Below are positions 1 to 8,717 of a stretch of 42,741 bases of DNA, piece after piece (positions within the stretch are counted from its first letter, which is position 1; the number at the start of each line of letters is the position of its first letter). The notes under the pieces were generated by a model. That model worked only from the letters and a program-made list of their open reading frames with translations, did no database searches and had not been told where the DNA came from. A program made the position numbers and the translations under genes. The stretch comes from a virus. Its lineage: Duplodnaviria; Caudoviricetes. The stretch spans positions 1 to 42,741 of the IMG/VR virus record IMGVR_UViG_3300010043_000006; one strand, given 5' to 3'.

Positions 1-414
1 GAAGAACAGATCCGTCCGCTTCTTCGGCCCTCGGTTGATGAATGTACCAGCGCTTGCCATTGCATTGGCGACCTTGGTAGCAAGCGTCTGCTGGGTCACG
101 TACAGGCATTCTGTCCCCATACCGTTCGGCTTCTGTGCCGCCGTGTACTTCTGGTAAGCGTTAAAGTGCACGCTTACGTCGTAGTCGCGTGTGCGTGAGT
201 TATGGTAGTTGACGATGGTGTTGAGGTTCTGGTTTTGTGACGTCGACGTATTGTCATGGAACACGTCGACGCCAACGCCGGACTGCTTCCAAAGCTCCGC
301 TACTCTGTTAACCACCTTCCTAGCTTCATCAACTTCGTCAAGATAAGGTGGCCGAGGGCTTGACGAAGCGCCACGGATAAGCTGTCCGTGGCCAGAGCTA
401 ATGACAATCTTCAT
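1..414 (-). CDS. N-acetylmuramoyl-L-alanine amidase (Amidase_3) endolysin, truncated at the window edge
   Basis: Not in the ORF track; translated by hand from ATG 414: MKIVISSGHGQLIRGA...LDEVDEARKVVNRV...DVSVHFNA...GTECLY...NRGPKKRTDLFF. Has the Zn-amidase motifs GHG, E and SVHFNA; ATGA overlap with the GH25 stop. Confidence 0.88.
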   Translation of the reverse strand, partial: MKIVISSGHGQLIRGASSSPRPPYLDEVDEARKVVNRVAELWKQSGVGVDVFHDNTSTSQNQNLNTIVNYHNSRTRDYDVSVHFNAYQKYTAAQKPNGMGTECLYVTQQTLATKVANAMASAGTFINRGPKKRTDLFF

Positions 415-1226
415 TTTCCCGCCTCCTTCGCACGCATCCTCTTAAAGGCATCACGAGTCGTCTGCATCTGCTGCGGCGTCAGCACCACTTGCCTGACCTT
501 GACAAGGACGCCGGGCGTGGTTGCCACGACCACTGTGCACTCACCAGCATCCGGCGTCGGGGTTGGCTCAGGAGGCGTCGGCTCGGACTGACCAGTTGCC
601 CACTCTGCCTCAAGCTGCTCGGGCGGCCCGTTACGGTAGCTGTTGACGTCACAGTTGCCAACGCCGTTGATTGAATGTGGACCGGGCCCATACTGGCCGT
701 CGGTGAATTGCCAGAGCCAATAGACTGGCCACACCTCTGTTGGCCACGACGCCGAGTCACTATACTGGCAGAGCCACAAGCGCCGCGCTGACCAGAACTC
801 GTTCGGCGAGTTGGGGATTGCTTCCTTGATGGTGTTGCCGCCATAGACCACGCACTGGTTCGGACGGCCTAGGCGATCCTCGACGCCTTGTATCCACTGC
901 TCGGCCTGTGAACGGCTCATTTTGGCGCCGCCGTTGTCCTCCCAGTCGAGGCAGAACAACTCGTCTGGATCTGGCGCGGCGAACCTCATGAAGTTGTCGA
1001 TCTGGCTCTGCGTATTCGAGCTATCGGCAAAGTGGTATGCTCCCCACTTTAGCCCGGCGGCGCGCGCAGCAGAGCGCTGAGAGACGTAGGTATCGTCGGT
1101 GTAGCTGGTGCCCTGCGTGGCCTTATAGATGACGCCGTGGATACCATCATCCATAACGGCGCTGTAGTCGTCAGCGGGGTCCCAGTGCGACAGATCAATA
1201 ACCATTGGATTAACAGGTTGTGCCAT
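411..1226 (-). CDS. Glycoside hydrolase family 25 lysozyme (endolysin)
   Basis: GH25 motifs IDLSHW, YKATQG, GAYHF, LDWE, LWLCQY, WQFTD, CDVN; Pro/Glu/Thr linker before a short C-terminal segment. ATG 1226 fits the SD better than GTG 1232. Confidence 0.92.
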   Translation of the reverse strand: MAQPVNPMVIDLSHWDPADDYSAVMDDGIHGVIYKATQGTSYTDDTYVSQRSAARAAGLKWGAYHFADSSNTQSQIDNFMRFAAPDPDELFCLDWEDNGGAKMSRSQAEQWIQGVEDRLGRPNQCVVYGGNTIKEAIPNSPNEFWSARRLWLCQYSDSASWPTEVWPVYWLWQFTDGQYGPGPHSINGVGNCDVNSYRNGPPEQLEAEWATGQSEPTPPEPTPTPDAGECTVVVATTPGVLVKVRQVVLTPQQMQTTRDAFKRMRAKEAGK

Positions 1227-1228
1227 AG

Positions 1229-1567
1229 TCACTTCCCCTTTTGCTGTAGCTCTTTCAGTTCCCGTGCCCTCTTGTCTATTGCCTGCATAGCTGCAATGTA
1301 GGCCCGGCGCGCTTTGTTGGCGCCAGCAATGACACGTTGGGGCTGCTCAGTATCGTCCACTGTCCATACAGCGAATAGATGCTGGAGCCTATCTTCGTAG
1401 GCAGCGTCCATTGCCTGCCGATCAAGTTCTACTATGTGTTCTTCATACTGCGGCGAGATTGGTTCCAAAGCCACTGGCCTTGGCTGCGCCATCACATTGA
1501 AGGCAAAGGCAATGAGCAGCAGCGCCAGCAGAGCCAGCACAGCTACTACCCATTGGTACTTCCACAT
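1229..1567 (-). CDS. Membrane-anchored or secreted helical protein next to the endolysins (possible lysis accessory/spanin-like)
   Basis: Probable start MWKYQWVVAVLALLALLLIAFAF (hydrophobic N-terminus) followed by a helical domain; directly upstream of GH25. Confidence 0.55.
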   Translation of the reverse strand: MWKYQWVVAVLALLALLLIAFAFNVMAQPRPVALEPISPQYEEHIVELDRQAMDAAYEDRLQHLFAVWTVDDTEQPQRVIAGANKARRAYIAAMQAIDKRARELKELQQKGK

Positions 1568-1580
1568 TATGGGTCTCACT

Positions 1581-2540
1581 TTAGCTGGAAATATTTGACC
1601 ATGTGGTCCCCCAATAGCTCGCTGCGTCGTTGCCAAGCAAATTGCTGTCGGTAACGCTGATTAGGACATTGAAAAGGTATAGTTCGGCTATGTAGCCGTC
1701 CAAGTGTTGGCTGTTAGTGTTGTAGCAAATTGCCGATGAGGCCGTCGTTATTTGAACGTCGCTGGTTGTAACTGTATTTGCGGTCCCGCCTCCGATATAA
1801 GCCTTGATGGTGGGCCCGGTACCGTCGTAGCGGTGGAGAGCTGCCGCAGTAAATGGAAATGCCACCGATATCGTGACATTATTAGGGGCACCAAACTGGC
1901 CAAAGTTAGCAACCGAGGTAGAGGTGTGTACGCTGCCACTCCACATATAGTTAAAGGTGTCACCAAACACGAGTGGATCGTTTTGGGGGCCCGCGCCAGC
2001 GCCACCGGCGTTCCAGCGAACAACGTAAAATATCGAAAAATTCGAGGCGTTAATGAATGTGCCAAGGGTCGCAGCGGTCATCGTATGGGTGGAGCCGTTA
2101 CATTGCATCGTCCCCTTGGAACTAAGCGCCGTGAGCAGCGCCCCGGAGGCTACAATCTGCGGCTGATTAGCCGCCGTCGCCTGCGTAAAATTGCGCGCAT
2201 TGCCGCTCTGGTCGTACCACGTCGCGACAAAACAATTCGTCGCGGCGCAGAACGTGAGCATTGAGGCGGTATCGAGGTTGCACCCACCCGAAAAGCCGAT
2301 GTTTTGGGTTGCGTTGTCACTAGCTCGGCGCACCTGTAGGGCATTACCGGCATAAGCCGAGCGCACCTTGCGCATGGAAAATATGCCGGTCGGCGCAGAG
2401 GTAAGCGAGTCAACCGGATAAGTGCAGGCTGCTGCACCGGCACCAGCCTTTCCCGGCCCTGGCCAAGGCAGCGACACCTGTGCACTGGACGAAAGTGCAA
2501 GCGCAACGACAAGCAGTAGCGCAGCAAGTAATCGGGTCAT
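1581..2540 (-). CDS. Signal-peptide protein with arabinofuranosidase-B catalytic-like / ConA-LamG lectin fold (putative receptor-binding or fibre-tip protein)
   Basis: Signal peptide MTRLLAALLLVVALALSSSA; motif FSMRKVRSAYAGNALQVRRASDNATQNIGF...VATWYDQSGN...QP typical of AbfB-catalytic-like domains; C-terminal LDGYIAELYLFN is LamG-like; 6 Cys. Confidence 0.65.
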   Translation of the reverse strand: MTRLLAALLLVVALALSSSAQVSLPWPGPGKAGAGAAACTYPVDSLTSAPTGIFSMRKVRSAYAGNALQVRRASDNATQNIGFSGGCNLDTASMLTFCAATNCFVATWYDQSGNARNFTQATAANQPQIVASGALLTALSSKGTMQCNGSTHTMTAATLGTFINASNFSIFYVVRWNAGGAGAGPQNDPLVFGDTFNYMWSGSVHTSTSVANFGQFGAPNNVTISVAFPFTAAALHRYDGTGPTIKAYIGGGTANTVTTSDVQITTASSAICYNTNSQHLDGYIAELYLFNVLISVTDSNLLGNDAASYWGTTWSNISS

Positions 2541-4390
2541 CTGACCACCCGCCAGTTAAGAGTTATTGCACCGGGCGTAATGCTGGCCGAGGTGTTGTTG
2601 CAAACTTTGAAATTCACGTTGTTGGCCGTCGGATAAGGGATGATGGTTAGCATACCGGCGGTGAGGGGAACGTAGCCGGTGACGGCTGTTGGATCGCCGT
2701 TGAACGATGCTGATACGACGTCGGTTGTGGCAACACCGGTGGCCGAGACGGTAACGGCTGTGGCACACGCCGCCGATGCAATGGCACTGGTGCCAAGCGC
2801 TGCGGTGCCACTGGCAACAGTGTAAGTGAGGGTGTTAGTCCCAGTCCCTGTAGGCAGGACAAACGTTCCATTCCCAACTGCTGGACCCTGTAACGTCGTT
2901 GTGCCCGACGTGGAGCCAACAAAGCCTATTGCCCCAGTGCTGCCAGTGGAGCCGACGGACAGGACAGGCGAGGCCCAAGTCAGGTTCGGGCTGGCACCGA
3001 AGGCACCGGAGTTATTGAACTGGACCTGAGTATTAGAGCCAGCTGGTGTCCCACTAGCAGTGATACATCCTATGCCAGTGCCATTGGTGTAGTTAAGGGC
3101 TTGGTTAGTACCACTGCACGACGGCATCGTATTGAACTGTGGAGCGACCACGCTGCTGTTGGTCCAGTTCGAGAATACCGTGTTGGCTGCGACATTAGAG
3201 AGGGTGAACGTCAGAGCCGGGTTGACGGTCGAGCTAGCAACGGACGTGGTGAACAGCGGCGACAAGTTGCCAGCCGAGAACGACTGAACTGTGCCGGTGC
3301 CAGCCGTGATCGTGACGCAGCTGAAGCCGGTGCCGGTGGTCCATTGGAGTGCTTGGTTGGCGGTGCTACACGAGGGGACGCTTAGGTAGCTTGGTGCGGT
3401 GGCTGACAAGCCGCCAAGCAGGGAGTTGGCTGTGGCAGTTGGTAGTTGGGCTAGGGTTGCCGTGCCGCCGATCTGGCTAAAGGTGTAGTCGCCGCTTTGG
3501 GCGACGATGGCGCCAGTGCGGGTAAAGACGCTCGTGACAGGCGAGGCAGCGGTAATGGTGCCGCAGCTAAAGCTGTGGGTCCCAGTGGAGTACTGTAGGG
3601 CGTTGGAGCTACCAGTACAGGCTGGGAGGGCCATGCCGGTGAGAAGGTTAGACGCAGTGTTAGTTGGGTTACCAAGGGCACTGTCAGCGTTAATGGTTGG
3701 CAGCCCACCGCCGCCTCCACCACCTGACACAACGGCGCAGCCAAAGCCGCCACCGGGTACCCACTGGAGCGCTTGGTTCGGGTTGTTGCACACCGGCATT
3801 GGCAGTGCGCTTGGGACGCTGATGTTGCCATAGACGGTGTTGACGCTCGCCACAGGCATCTGTGGGAACGTGGTTTGTCCAGAGATCTGACTAAAGGAGT
3901 AGTCGCCGTTCGCCGAGACAACCGTGCCCGACCGGCCGAACACGCTATTGACAACGGGGTTGACGGTGTTACAGCCGAAGGTGTGGGCCGTCGCGTCATA
4001 GAGTAGGCTCTGCTGGCCGCCGATGCAGTTAGGGATCGTGACACCGGCCACAGTAGTGCCAGTATTCATATAGACTTGGTTCGCCGAGATCGGCGGCATC
4101 TGATTGAAGCCGAGCAGGCTCGGGCCGATCTGCGTGAAGTCGTAGTCGTTAATAGCCGGAACGACTACGCCAGATCGGCCATTCCAGCTACTAACGCCCG
4201 CCCCTGGACCCATGGCGTTCTGCTGCACCCACAATGTTGAGGCTGCCCGGTTAGAGGCGTCGCCCGCCGGTGCCATCGGCACAATGCAGTTGGGGTTGTT
4301 GGAGCCGCAACCCTGAGCGGCGGCTGGGAACGAGGGTACAAGCGACCCAGCCGCCGCCAGAACGGCGACCAGTAGCAGATGTTTACACAT
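2537..4390 (-). CDS. Fibre-like repeat protein with N-terminal signal peptide
   Basis: Gly/Ser/Thr-rich; three VxSxxxRxGxxVxxxxDYxFxQI repeats, five Cys-pair repeats, and the fibre-type motif PAGSNTQVQFNNSGAFG; signal peptide ending AAA|Q. Confidence 0.65.
   Translation of the reverse strand: MCKHLLLVAVLAAAGSLVPSFPAAAQGCGSNNPNCIVPMAPAGDASNRAASTLWVQQNAMGPGAGVSSWNGRSGVVVPAINDYDFTQIGPSLLGFNQMPPISANQVYMNTGTTVAGVTIPNCIGGQQSLLYDATAHTFGCNTVNPVVNSVFGRSGTVVSANGDYSFSQISGQTTFPQMPVASVNTVYGNISVPSALPMPVCNNPNQALQWVPGGGFGCAVVSGGGGGGGLPTINADSALGNPTNTASNLLTGMALPACTGSSNALQYSTGTHSFSCGTITAASPVTSVFTRTGAIVAQSGDYTFSQIGGTATLAQLPTATANSLLGGLSATAPSYLSVPSCSTANQALQWTTGTGFSCVTITAGTGTVQSFSAGNLSPLFTTSVASSTVNPALTFTLSNVAANTVFSNWTNSSVVAPQFNTMPSCSGTNQALNYTNGTGIGCITASGTPAGSNTQVQFNNSGAFGASPNLTWASPVLSVGSTGSTGAIGFVGSTSGTTTLQGPAVGNGTFVLPTGTGTNTLTYTVASGTAALGTSAIASAACATAVTVSATGVATTDVVSASFNGDPTAVTGYVPLTAGMLTIIPYPTANNVNFKVCNNTSASITPGAITLNWRVVR
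3065..4195 (-). repeat. Protein-level repeats in the 617-aa fibre-like protein
   Basis: Type A: VSSWNGRSGVVVPAINDYDFTQI, VNSVFGRSGTVVSANGDYSFSQI, VTSVFTRTGAIVAQSGDYTFSQI. Type B: PNC..SLLY..FGC, PVC..ALQW..FGC, PAC..ALQY..FSC, PSC..ALQW..FSC, PSC..ALNY..IGC. Boundaries approximate. Confidence 0.85.
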
Positions 4391-4736
4391 TGCTATCCAT
4401 CACCGTTAGAGGGTTGTTGACGCCTGTTGAGGCCAAGCACTGCCAAGCACCTTGGCACTCACCCTCGATTGTAACGAACGCGCCTTGATAGACGGCAAAG
4501 CATCCACCAAGGCTCGTCAACGTGGGTACGATGGTTTGGCCGTCTCGATCGAGCGTTGGCGCCACGTAGAGCGTGGCAGCACCGCCGGGGTTATGGAAGG
4601 TGATCCGCACCCTCATGGCGTTGGCCGGTGCCACGACGACTGGCGATGCGCCGATGGCACTAAACCCTTTAACCTTGCCACCAGACGCCGATGAGGCTGT
4701 CTGTGGGCCTCCTACGGCGGCAATTAGGGGCATCAC
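4383..4736 (-). CDS. Hypothetical beta-rich virion-associated protein
   Basis: 117-aa ORF translationally coupled in the late operon; GGAGG SD. Confidence 0.7.
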   Translation of the reverse strand: MMPLIAAVGGPQTASSASGGKVKGFSAIGASPVVVAPANAMRVRITFHNPGGAATLYVAPTLDRDGQTIVPTLTSLGGCFAVYQGAFVTIEGECQGAWQCLASTGVNNPLTVMDSNV

Positions 4737-5251
4737 ACCCTCCGTGCGGGTTTCTCAGTTAGCTGAGCCTGTAGCTCGGCATATTTGGCTTGTAGCTCTT
4801 CAAACTCAGATCGGCTGACCATCTCGGTGGTGGGTGAGGCTACAGTCTGATGGCCATTGGATTTCATCTCGGCGACCTGCTCTTGAAGGTTCATCAGCAG
4901 CCGGTCGCTGTGGCTAATAGCCGAGAACTCGTTGATAGGATCATGCCACTCCGGCCGGTACCTCTCGGTGATGGCCTCGGCCTCTTCGTCGAGCGGCTCC
5001 ATCCCCGGCGTGGGCGGGCCGTCGAAAACGATGTCCCTCGGCTTGCCCTTGCCTTCCCAACAGACGATGATGATGCCATCCTCACGGTAGTTGAAGTCGG
5101 CTTGGTCTTTAGGATCGAGCAGCCTAGGTACCTTGTAAACGAGCCGAGCTTGTCGGCCGGTGTTACGATCGGTTTCCTTGTGCTCCCACTCGGCCTGATC
5201 CTTGCCAATGCAGTTGATGTAGTGGGGTTCGATTAGCTTCCATCTGGCCAT
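4733..5251 (-). CDS. Hypothetical phage protein (late operon)
   Basis: 172 aa, GGAGG SD, C-terminal coiled coil ending KPARRV. Confidence 0.75.
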   Translation of the reverse strand: MARWKLIEPHYINCIGKDQAEWEHKETDRNTGRQARLVYKVPRLLDPKDQADFNYREDGIIIVCWEGKGKPRDIVFDGPPTPGMEPLDEEAEAITERYRPEWHDPINEFSAISHSDRLLMNLQEQVAEMKSNGHQTVASPTTEMVSRSEFEELQAKYAELQAQLTEKPARRV

Positions 5252-5260
5252 TGGGCCCTC

Positions 5261-5689
5261 CTAGATGATGCTGTAGTACAGAACAACGGCGATAGTGGCT
5301 ACGCTAGGCGTTACGCAGACGTTGTACGCTGGGGTGGCCGACGGGGTAGAGAAGAAGGCATAGCCAGAGTGGTCAGCAGATGGCGCCGTATTGGAGACGT
5401 TCATAGCCGGGACTATGGTTCTGGTGTTGGTGTCGCAGGGGGTTGTGGTCTGCTGCCCAGCAGTTATGCTGAAGGTGCCGGTAGCGCCAGAGTTGGTAAC
5501 GTGCCAGCCACAGAGGTTGATATTTCTCCCCGCTACGCCGGTGATCAGGGTCTGGATCGTTGTGGGCCCAATCCCCATAGTGGCGACTTGGTTGCACAAG
5601 ATCATATTTGCTGGGCCAACCTGACCTTGTGGGACGGCGGGGCCTAGCGACAAGAGAAGAGCAGCGACTACCAACCAAAGCTTACGCAT
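5261..5689 (-). CDS. Signal-peptide, 4-Cys beta protein (paralog B)
   Basis: Signal MRKLWLVVAALLLSLGPAVP|Q; AGGAGG SD; aligns by eye with 5699..6097. Confidence 0.8.
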   Translation of the reverse strand: MRKLWLVVAALLLSLGPAVPQGQVGPANMILCNQVATMGIGPTTIQTLITGVAGRNINLCGWHVTNSGATGTFSITAGQQTTTPCDTNTRTIVPAMNVSNTAPSADHSGYAFFSTPSATPAYNVCVTPSVATIAVVLYYSII

Positions 5690-5698
5690 TAGCCCCTC

Positions 5699-6097
5699 CT
5701 ATTGCTGCGAATAGTACACCGTATAGTGAGCAGGGCCGGTACCGGTGACAACAACACACATCCCTGCACCCTGTGGGCCAGAGACTTGGCGGCTGGTGCC
5801 GGTCAGTGAGCCAAGTGCGCCTAGGTCGTACGCCGCTGTTATGTTGAGGGTGTTGGTGCCACAGGTTGCCCCAGCGCCTGTGATAATCTGGAAAGTAGCC
5901 GCAGCAGCGGCCGTCACTTCAAAGCCACAATACGTTACTGCCATGGAAGCGTTTGGGGCTACAACTTGAGTGGTGCCAACGGCGGCTGCGCCGTTGACAG
6001 ACTTGTTGCAGAAGAACTGCTGCGGCCCAATGCCTTGAGCAGGCGCTCCCCCGCATAGCGCGAGTAGGGCAACCAGCGAGAGGAGCGCCGTGCGCAT
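5699..6097 (-). CDS. Signal-peptide, 4-Cys beta protein (paralog A)
   Basis: Probable start ATG 6097 (TAATG overlap with the cement gene): MRTALLSLVALLALCGGAPA|QGIGP...; shares CN, CG[FW]xVT, TFxIxxG, CxTNT and YYS with paralog B. Confidence 0.8.
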   Translation of the reverse strand: MRTALLSLVALLALCGGAPAQGIGPQQFFCNKSVNGAAAVGTTQVVAPNASMAVTYCGFEVTAAAAATFQIITGAGATCGTNTLNITAAYDLGALGSLTGTSRQVSGPQGAGMCVVVTGTGPAHYTVYYSQQ

Positions 6098-6678
6098 TAG
6101 TTGTTGATCGTAATGCCGGGCACGTAACCTGAAGGTGCAGGCACTGTAGCCGTGCCACCCCAAGGCTGGTCGAACCGGTCGATCACGATGCCAGCATAGA
6201 TGGAGCCCAGTGTTGGGGCAGACCCAGCGATTGTGAAAGTGACCTTCAGGAACCTCGGCATTGGTTGGCCGGGGATCTGTCGAGGCACGTCCACGTTGGC
6301 GAGGTAAGCACCTTGCACGAGGTTGGCCAGCACCACAGCCGCTGGGCTTTGCCACATGACTGTGAATGCGCCGGGCTGGTTGGGTGTGGTCGTGGAGTCC
6401 GGCGCCCCTGAGAGGGAGCACGTCAGGCTCGTGAGGGTGTTGAAGGTCGCCGTGACGACAATCAACAGCTTGAGCATCGGGTCGTCGCCAACGCCGATGT
6501 CACGAGCACCACCTTGCGCCAGTGGACCACCTGGATCAGTGGACCGGAGCGTTGCAGGCGGGCTCGGCCAGTTGACGCCGAGGTCAATGATGTTGGTAGC
6601 GTCGCCGGTCGCCGTCGGCGAGTCAACGATGCTAGTACCAACAACACCAGTGAAGGTGAGAAGTCTGTCAAGGATCAT
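6097..6678 (-). CDS. Bbp16-like capsid cement/decoration protein
   Basis: Start MILDRLLTF; motifs TNIIDLG, RDIGVG, PRFLK; immediately downstream of the major capsid gene as in BPP-1-like phages. Confidence 0.8.
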   Translation of the reverse strand: MILDRLLTFTGVVGTSIVDSPTATGDATNIIDLGVNWPSPPATLRSTDPGGPLAQGGARDIGVGDDPMLKLLIVVTATFNTLTSLTCSLSGAPDSTTTPNQPGAFTVMWQSPAAVVLANLVQGAYLANVDVPRQIPGQPMPRFLKVTFTIAGSAPTLGSIYAGIVIDRFDQPWGGTATVPAPSGYVPGITINN

Positions 6679-6679
6679 G

Positions 6680-7732
6680 TTACACCACCCTTGCTTCCGT
6701 GTTGAGGATTGCGTCACAGGTCCTAACAGGGATACCCCGGAAGGTTGTGATCGGCTTACCGTCGAACTCTTCAATTCTGAGCAGGACGTTAGTCTTGTTC
6801 ATAGCTTGAAGGTCGAGGTAGGTGCGGACGACACGGTTGCAGTAGATGACCGTGCGGCCCATATTGGCGCGCACCTCAGGAGTGTCTGAGGTCTGGACGG
6901 TACCAGCGCTGACTGGCTGCGTCGGCATACGATACAAGGCTCGGACGAGGAAGTTGATCAGGTTGGCTGCCGAGACACCGGTGAGGATGGTGGTGTCGAT
7001 GTTGGCGATGCGGACAGCATAACGCCAATCTCTGAGCACCAAACCGATCTCCCACTTGAAGTGGTCACGGTAGGCCTGATAGGTGTTCCCGCCCGAGTCC
7101 TGTACCGGCCACTCGCCCATATCCCGGTGTTGGAGGCCGGTGATCTTGCCCTTCGGGAACGTCGCAAAGAGCGTGTCCGCACCCCAACACACGACCCAAA
7201 TCGATGTGTTGACTGAGGCCGTGCCACCAGCGTCAAGGATGTTAGCCGCCGTTTGTGAGTTGGCTGCCGTGACGGTGGAGTACCGAGGAGCGAGGCCAGT
7301 AAACCGCTCAGGGTTGGCAAACTGGTTGCCGTAGATAAGCGTCTGTGCGACTTGCTGGCTCATGCCTTCCAAGAACGCCTTGACTTCGCTGAGCCTGAAC
7401 TCGGCGGTGTTGCCGTTTAGGTCGGCGATGTCCTTGTCGATCACGGCGTAGGTTTCCAGATTGCCGCACGTGTCGACGATCTGTGCCGTGGTTGACTTGG
7501 CGTTCGGGACGCCGCTGTTGAGCAAGCGCCATGTACCGATCGGCAAGCCTGTCCGAACGGTGGTCTTGTGGCCGGTTGGGAGGTTGCCCTCCATCACCAG
7601 CATGTCTTCCAGTATTTCGTTCGTCTGACTGAGCAATTCGATGATGGTGGCTACACGGTAGCCGTCATCCATGCGTTTGGCCCAGTCACCGTAGGTAAGC
7701 GCAAGAGCGCTACCTGCTAACACTGTTGCCAT
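6680..7732 (-). CDS. Major capsid protein (BPP-1 Bbp17-like)
   Basis: IIELLSQTNEILED, GNLPTGHKTTVRTGLP, FTGLAPRY, LVLRDWRYAVRIANID, FRGIPVRTCDAILNTEARV. Confidence 0.95.
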   Translation of the reverse strand: MATVLAGSALALTYGDWAKRMDDGYRVATIIELLSQTNEILEDMLVMEGNLPTGHKTTVRTGLPIGTWRLLNSGVPNAKSTTAQIVDTCGNLETYAVIDKDIADLNGNTAEFRLSEVKAFLEGMSQQVAQTLIYGNQFANPERFTGLAPRYSTVTAANSQTAANILDAGGTASVNTSIWVVCWGADTLFATFPKGKITGLQHRDMGEWPVQDSGGNTYQAYRDHFKWEIGLVLRDWRYAVRIANIDTTILTGVSAANLINFLVRALYRMPTQPVSAGTVQTSDTPEVRANMGRTVIYCNRVVRTYLDLQAMNKTNVLLRIEEFDGKPITTFRGIPVRTCDAILNTEARVV

Positions 7733-7735
7733 TGA

Positions 7736-8425
7736 TTAGGCTCCTGATGGGAGAGTAGGGTAAAGAGCCTGCGCCGCCGTAGCGGGCCTGCCCCTTGACG
7801 GATCCACTTGCCCGGTCTTGGCGGGACCGTTCCCCATGACGGGGCGGCCCTCCGTGATATGCTGAGCAAGCTTGTAGAATAACCGGATGAAGGCCGGATG
7901 GTCTCCAGCGCCGGTCATATCCATCACCTGCCGGAACTCGGTAGCGAGTGCCGGATCGCCCACGCTATCAATCGCCTTGGCGACTGTAGAGAGGACTCGG
8001 TCGAAGCTCCCCCCGATCTCAGGGTGAGCCTTCGCCTTTTCTCGCCATTCATTACGGAGAGCCTCGTAGGCTTCGTATGGCTGACGGAAAGCTTCGGACG
8101 TCTGTTTGACGTAGAAATCGACTAACTGCTGACCTTGCTCTTGGGTCAGGTTCATGTCTTTGAAGAGTTTGGACGCTGCGGTGGCAACCTCGCCATCGAG
8201 CTGATAGCCCTCAGGCGCCTTGAACTCCTCGTACTTCTCAGGCGCGCCCTTAGGCTTCTGTTCTTGGTTGAGAAGCGATTTGGGCTCGGTCGAACTCGGT
8301 GTAGATGTCTTCGTCTCCGGCGTCGTCTTCGCTTCCGTCGTCGGTTCCTTCGGTGGGGCCTCCGGCGGTGGAGTCTGCTGCGGTGGCGGCTGGACGTCTG
8401 GATTGTTCAGTTGCGGATCGCTCAT
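7736..8425 (-). CDS. Capsid scaffolding protein
   Basis: Pro/Glu-rich N-terminus, APEKYEEFKAPEG, LTQEQGQQLVD, GAGDHPAFIR, C-terminal AAQALYP; directly upstream of the MCP. Confidence 0.8.
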   Translation of the reverse strand: MSDPQLNNPDVQPPPQQTPPPEAPPKEPTTEAKTTPETKTSTPSSTEPKSLLNQEQKPKGAPEKYEEFKAPEGYQLDGEVATAASKLFKDMNLTQEQGQQLVDFYVKQTSEAFRQPYEAYEALRNEWREKAKAHPEIGGSFDRVLSTVAKAIDSVGDPALATEFRQVMDMTGAGDHPAFIRLFYKLAQHITEGRPVMGNGPAKTGQVDPSRGRPATAAQALYPTLPSGA

Positions 8426-8717
8426 TTCGTTCTCTCATCATTGTGACGTATTGGTCGGGACAGTGGGCCATGATGTCGGCGAGGATGCGGAGGCCCATCG
8501 ATCGTTCTCCTTCACCGAAGGCGGTGCGGAGGGCAATGTCGGAGTATGTGCTAGAGAAGATGTGGGCTGCTTCAAGGAGGTCACAGACCCAGCTTCGGCC
8601 GGGGAGAGTGGACATAATATTGGCAACAAACTCGCCGCGCTGGACAGCAACGAGCTTCGCTTGCTTTGCCGCCTGACGAATATGCCGACGTTCGGCTGCA
8701 TTGTAGGGTTCATCCAT
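8250..8717 (-). CDS. Bbp19-like head-assembly protein
   Basis: IMSTLPGRSWV..LL...HIF...AFGEGERSMGL motif; lies between portal and scaffold; low-complexity tail overlaps the scaffold gene. Confidence 0.7.
   Translation of the reverse strand: MDEPYNAAERRHIRQAAKQAKLVAVQRGEFVANIMSTLPGRSWVCDLLEAAHIFSSTYSDIALRTAFGEGERSMGLRILADIMAHCPDQYVTMMRERNERSATEQSRRPAATAADSTAGGPTEGTDDGSEDDAGDEDIYTEFDRAQIASQPRTEA

Noticed and set aside
6098-6421. N-terminal extension of ORF 5699..6421
   Set aside because: It overlaps the cement gene in another frame; the probable start is ATG 6097 with a signal peptide and TAATG coupling.
8250-8425. 176-nt overlap between the Bbp19-like and scaffold genes as a programmed frameshift
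   Set aside because: Both frames encode low-complexity tails, the scaffold has its own ATG, and no slippery site was evident.
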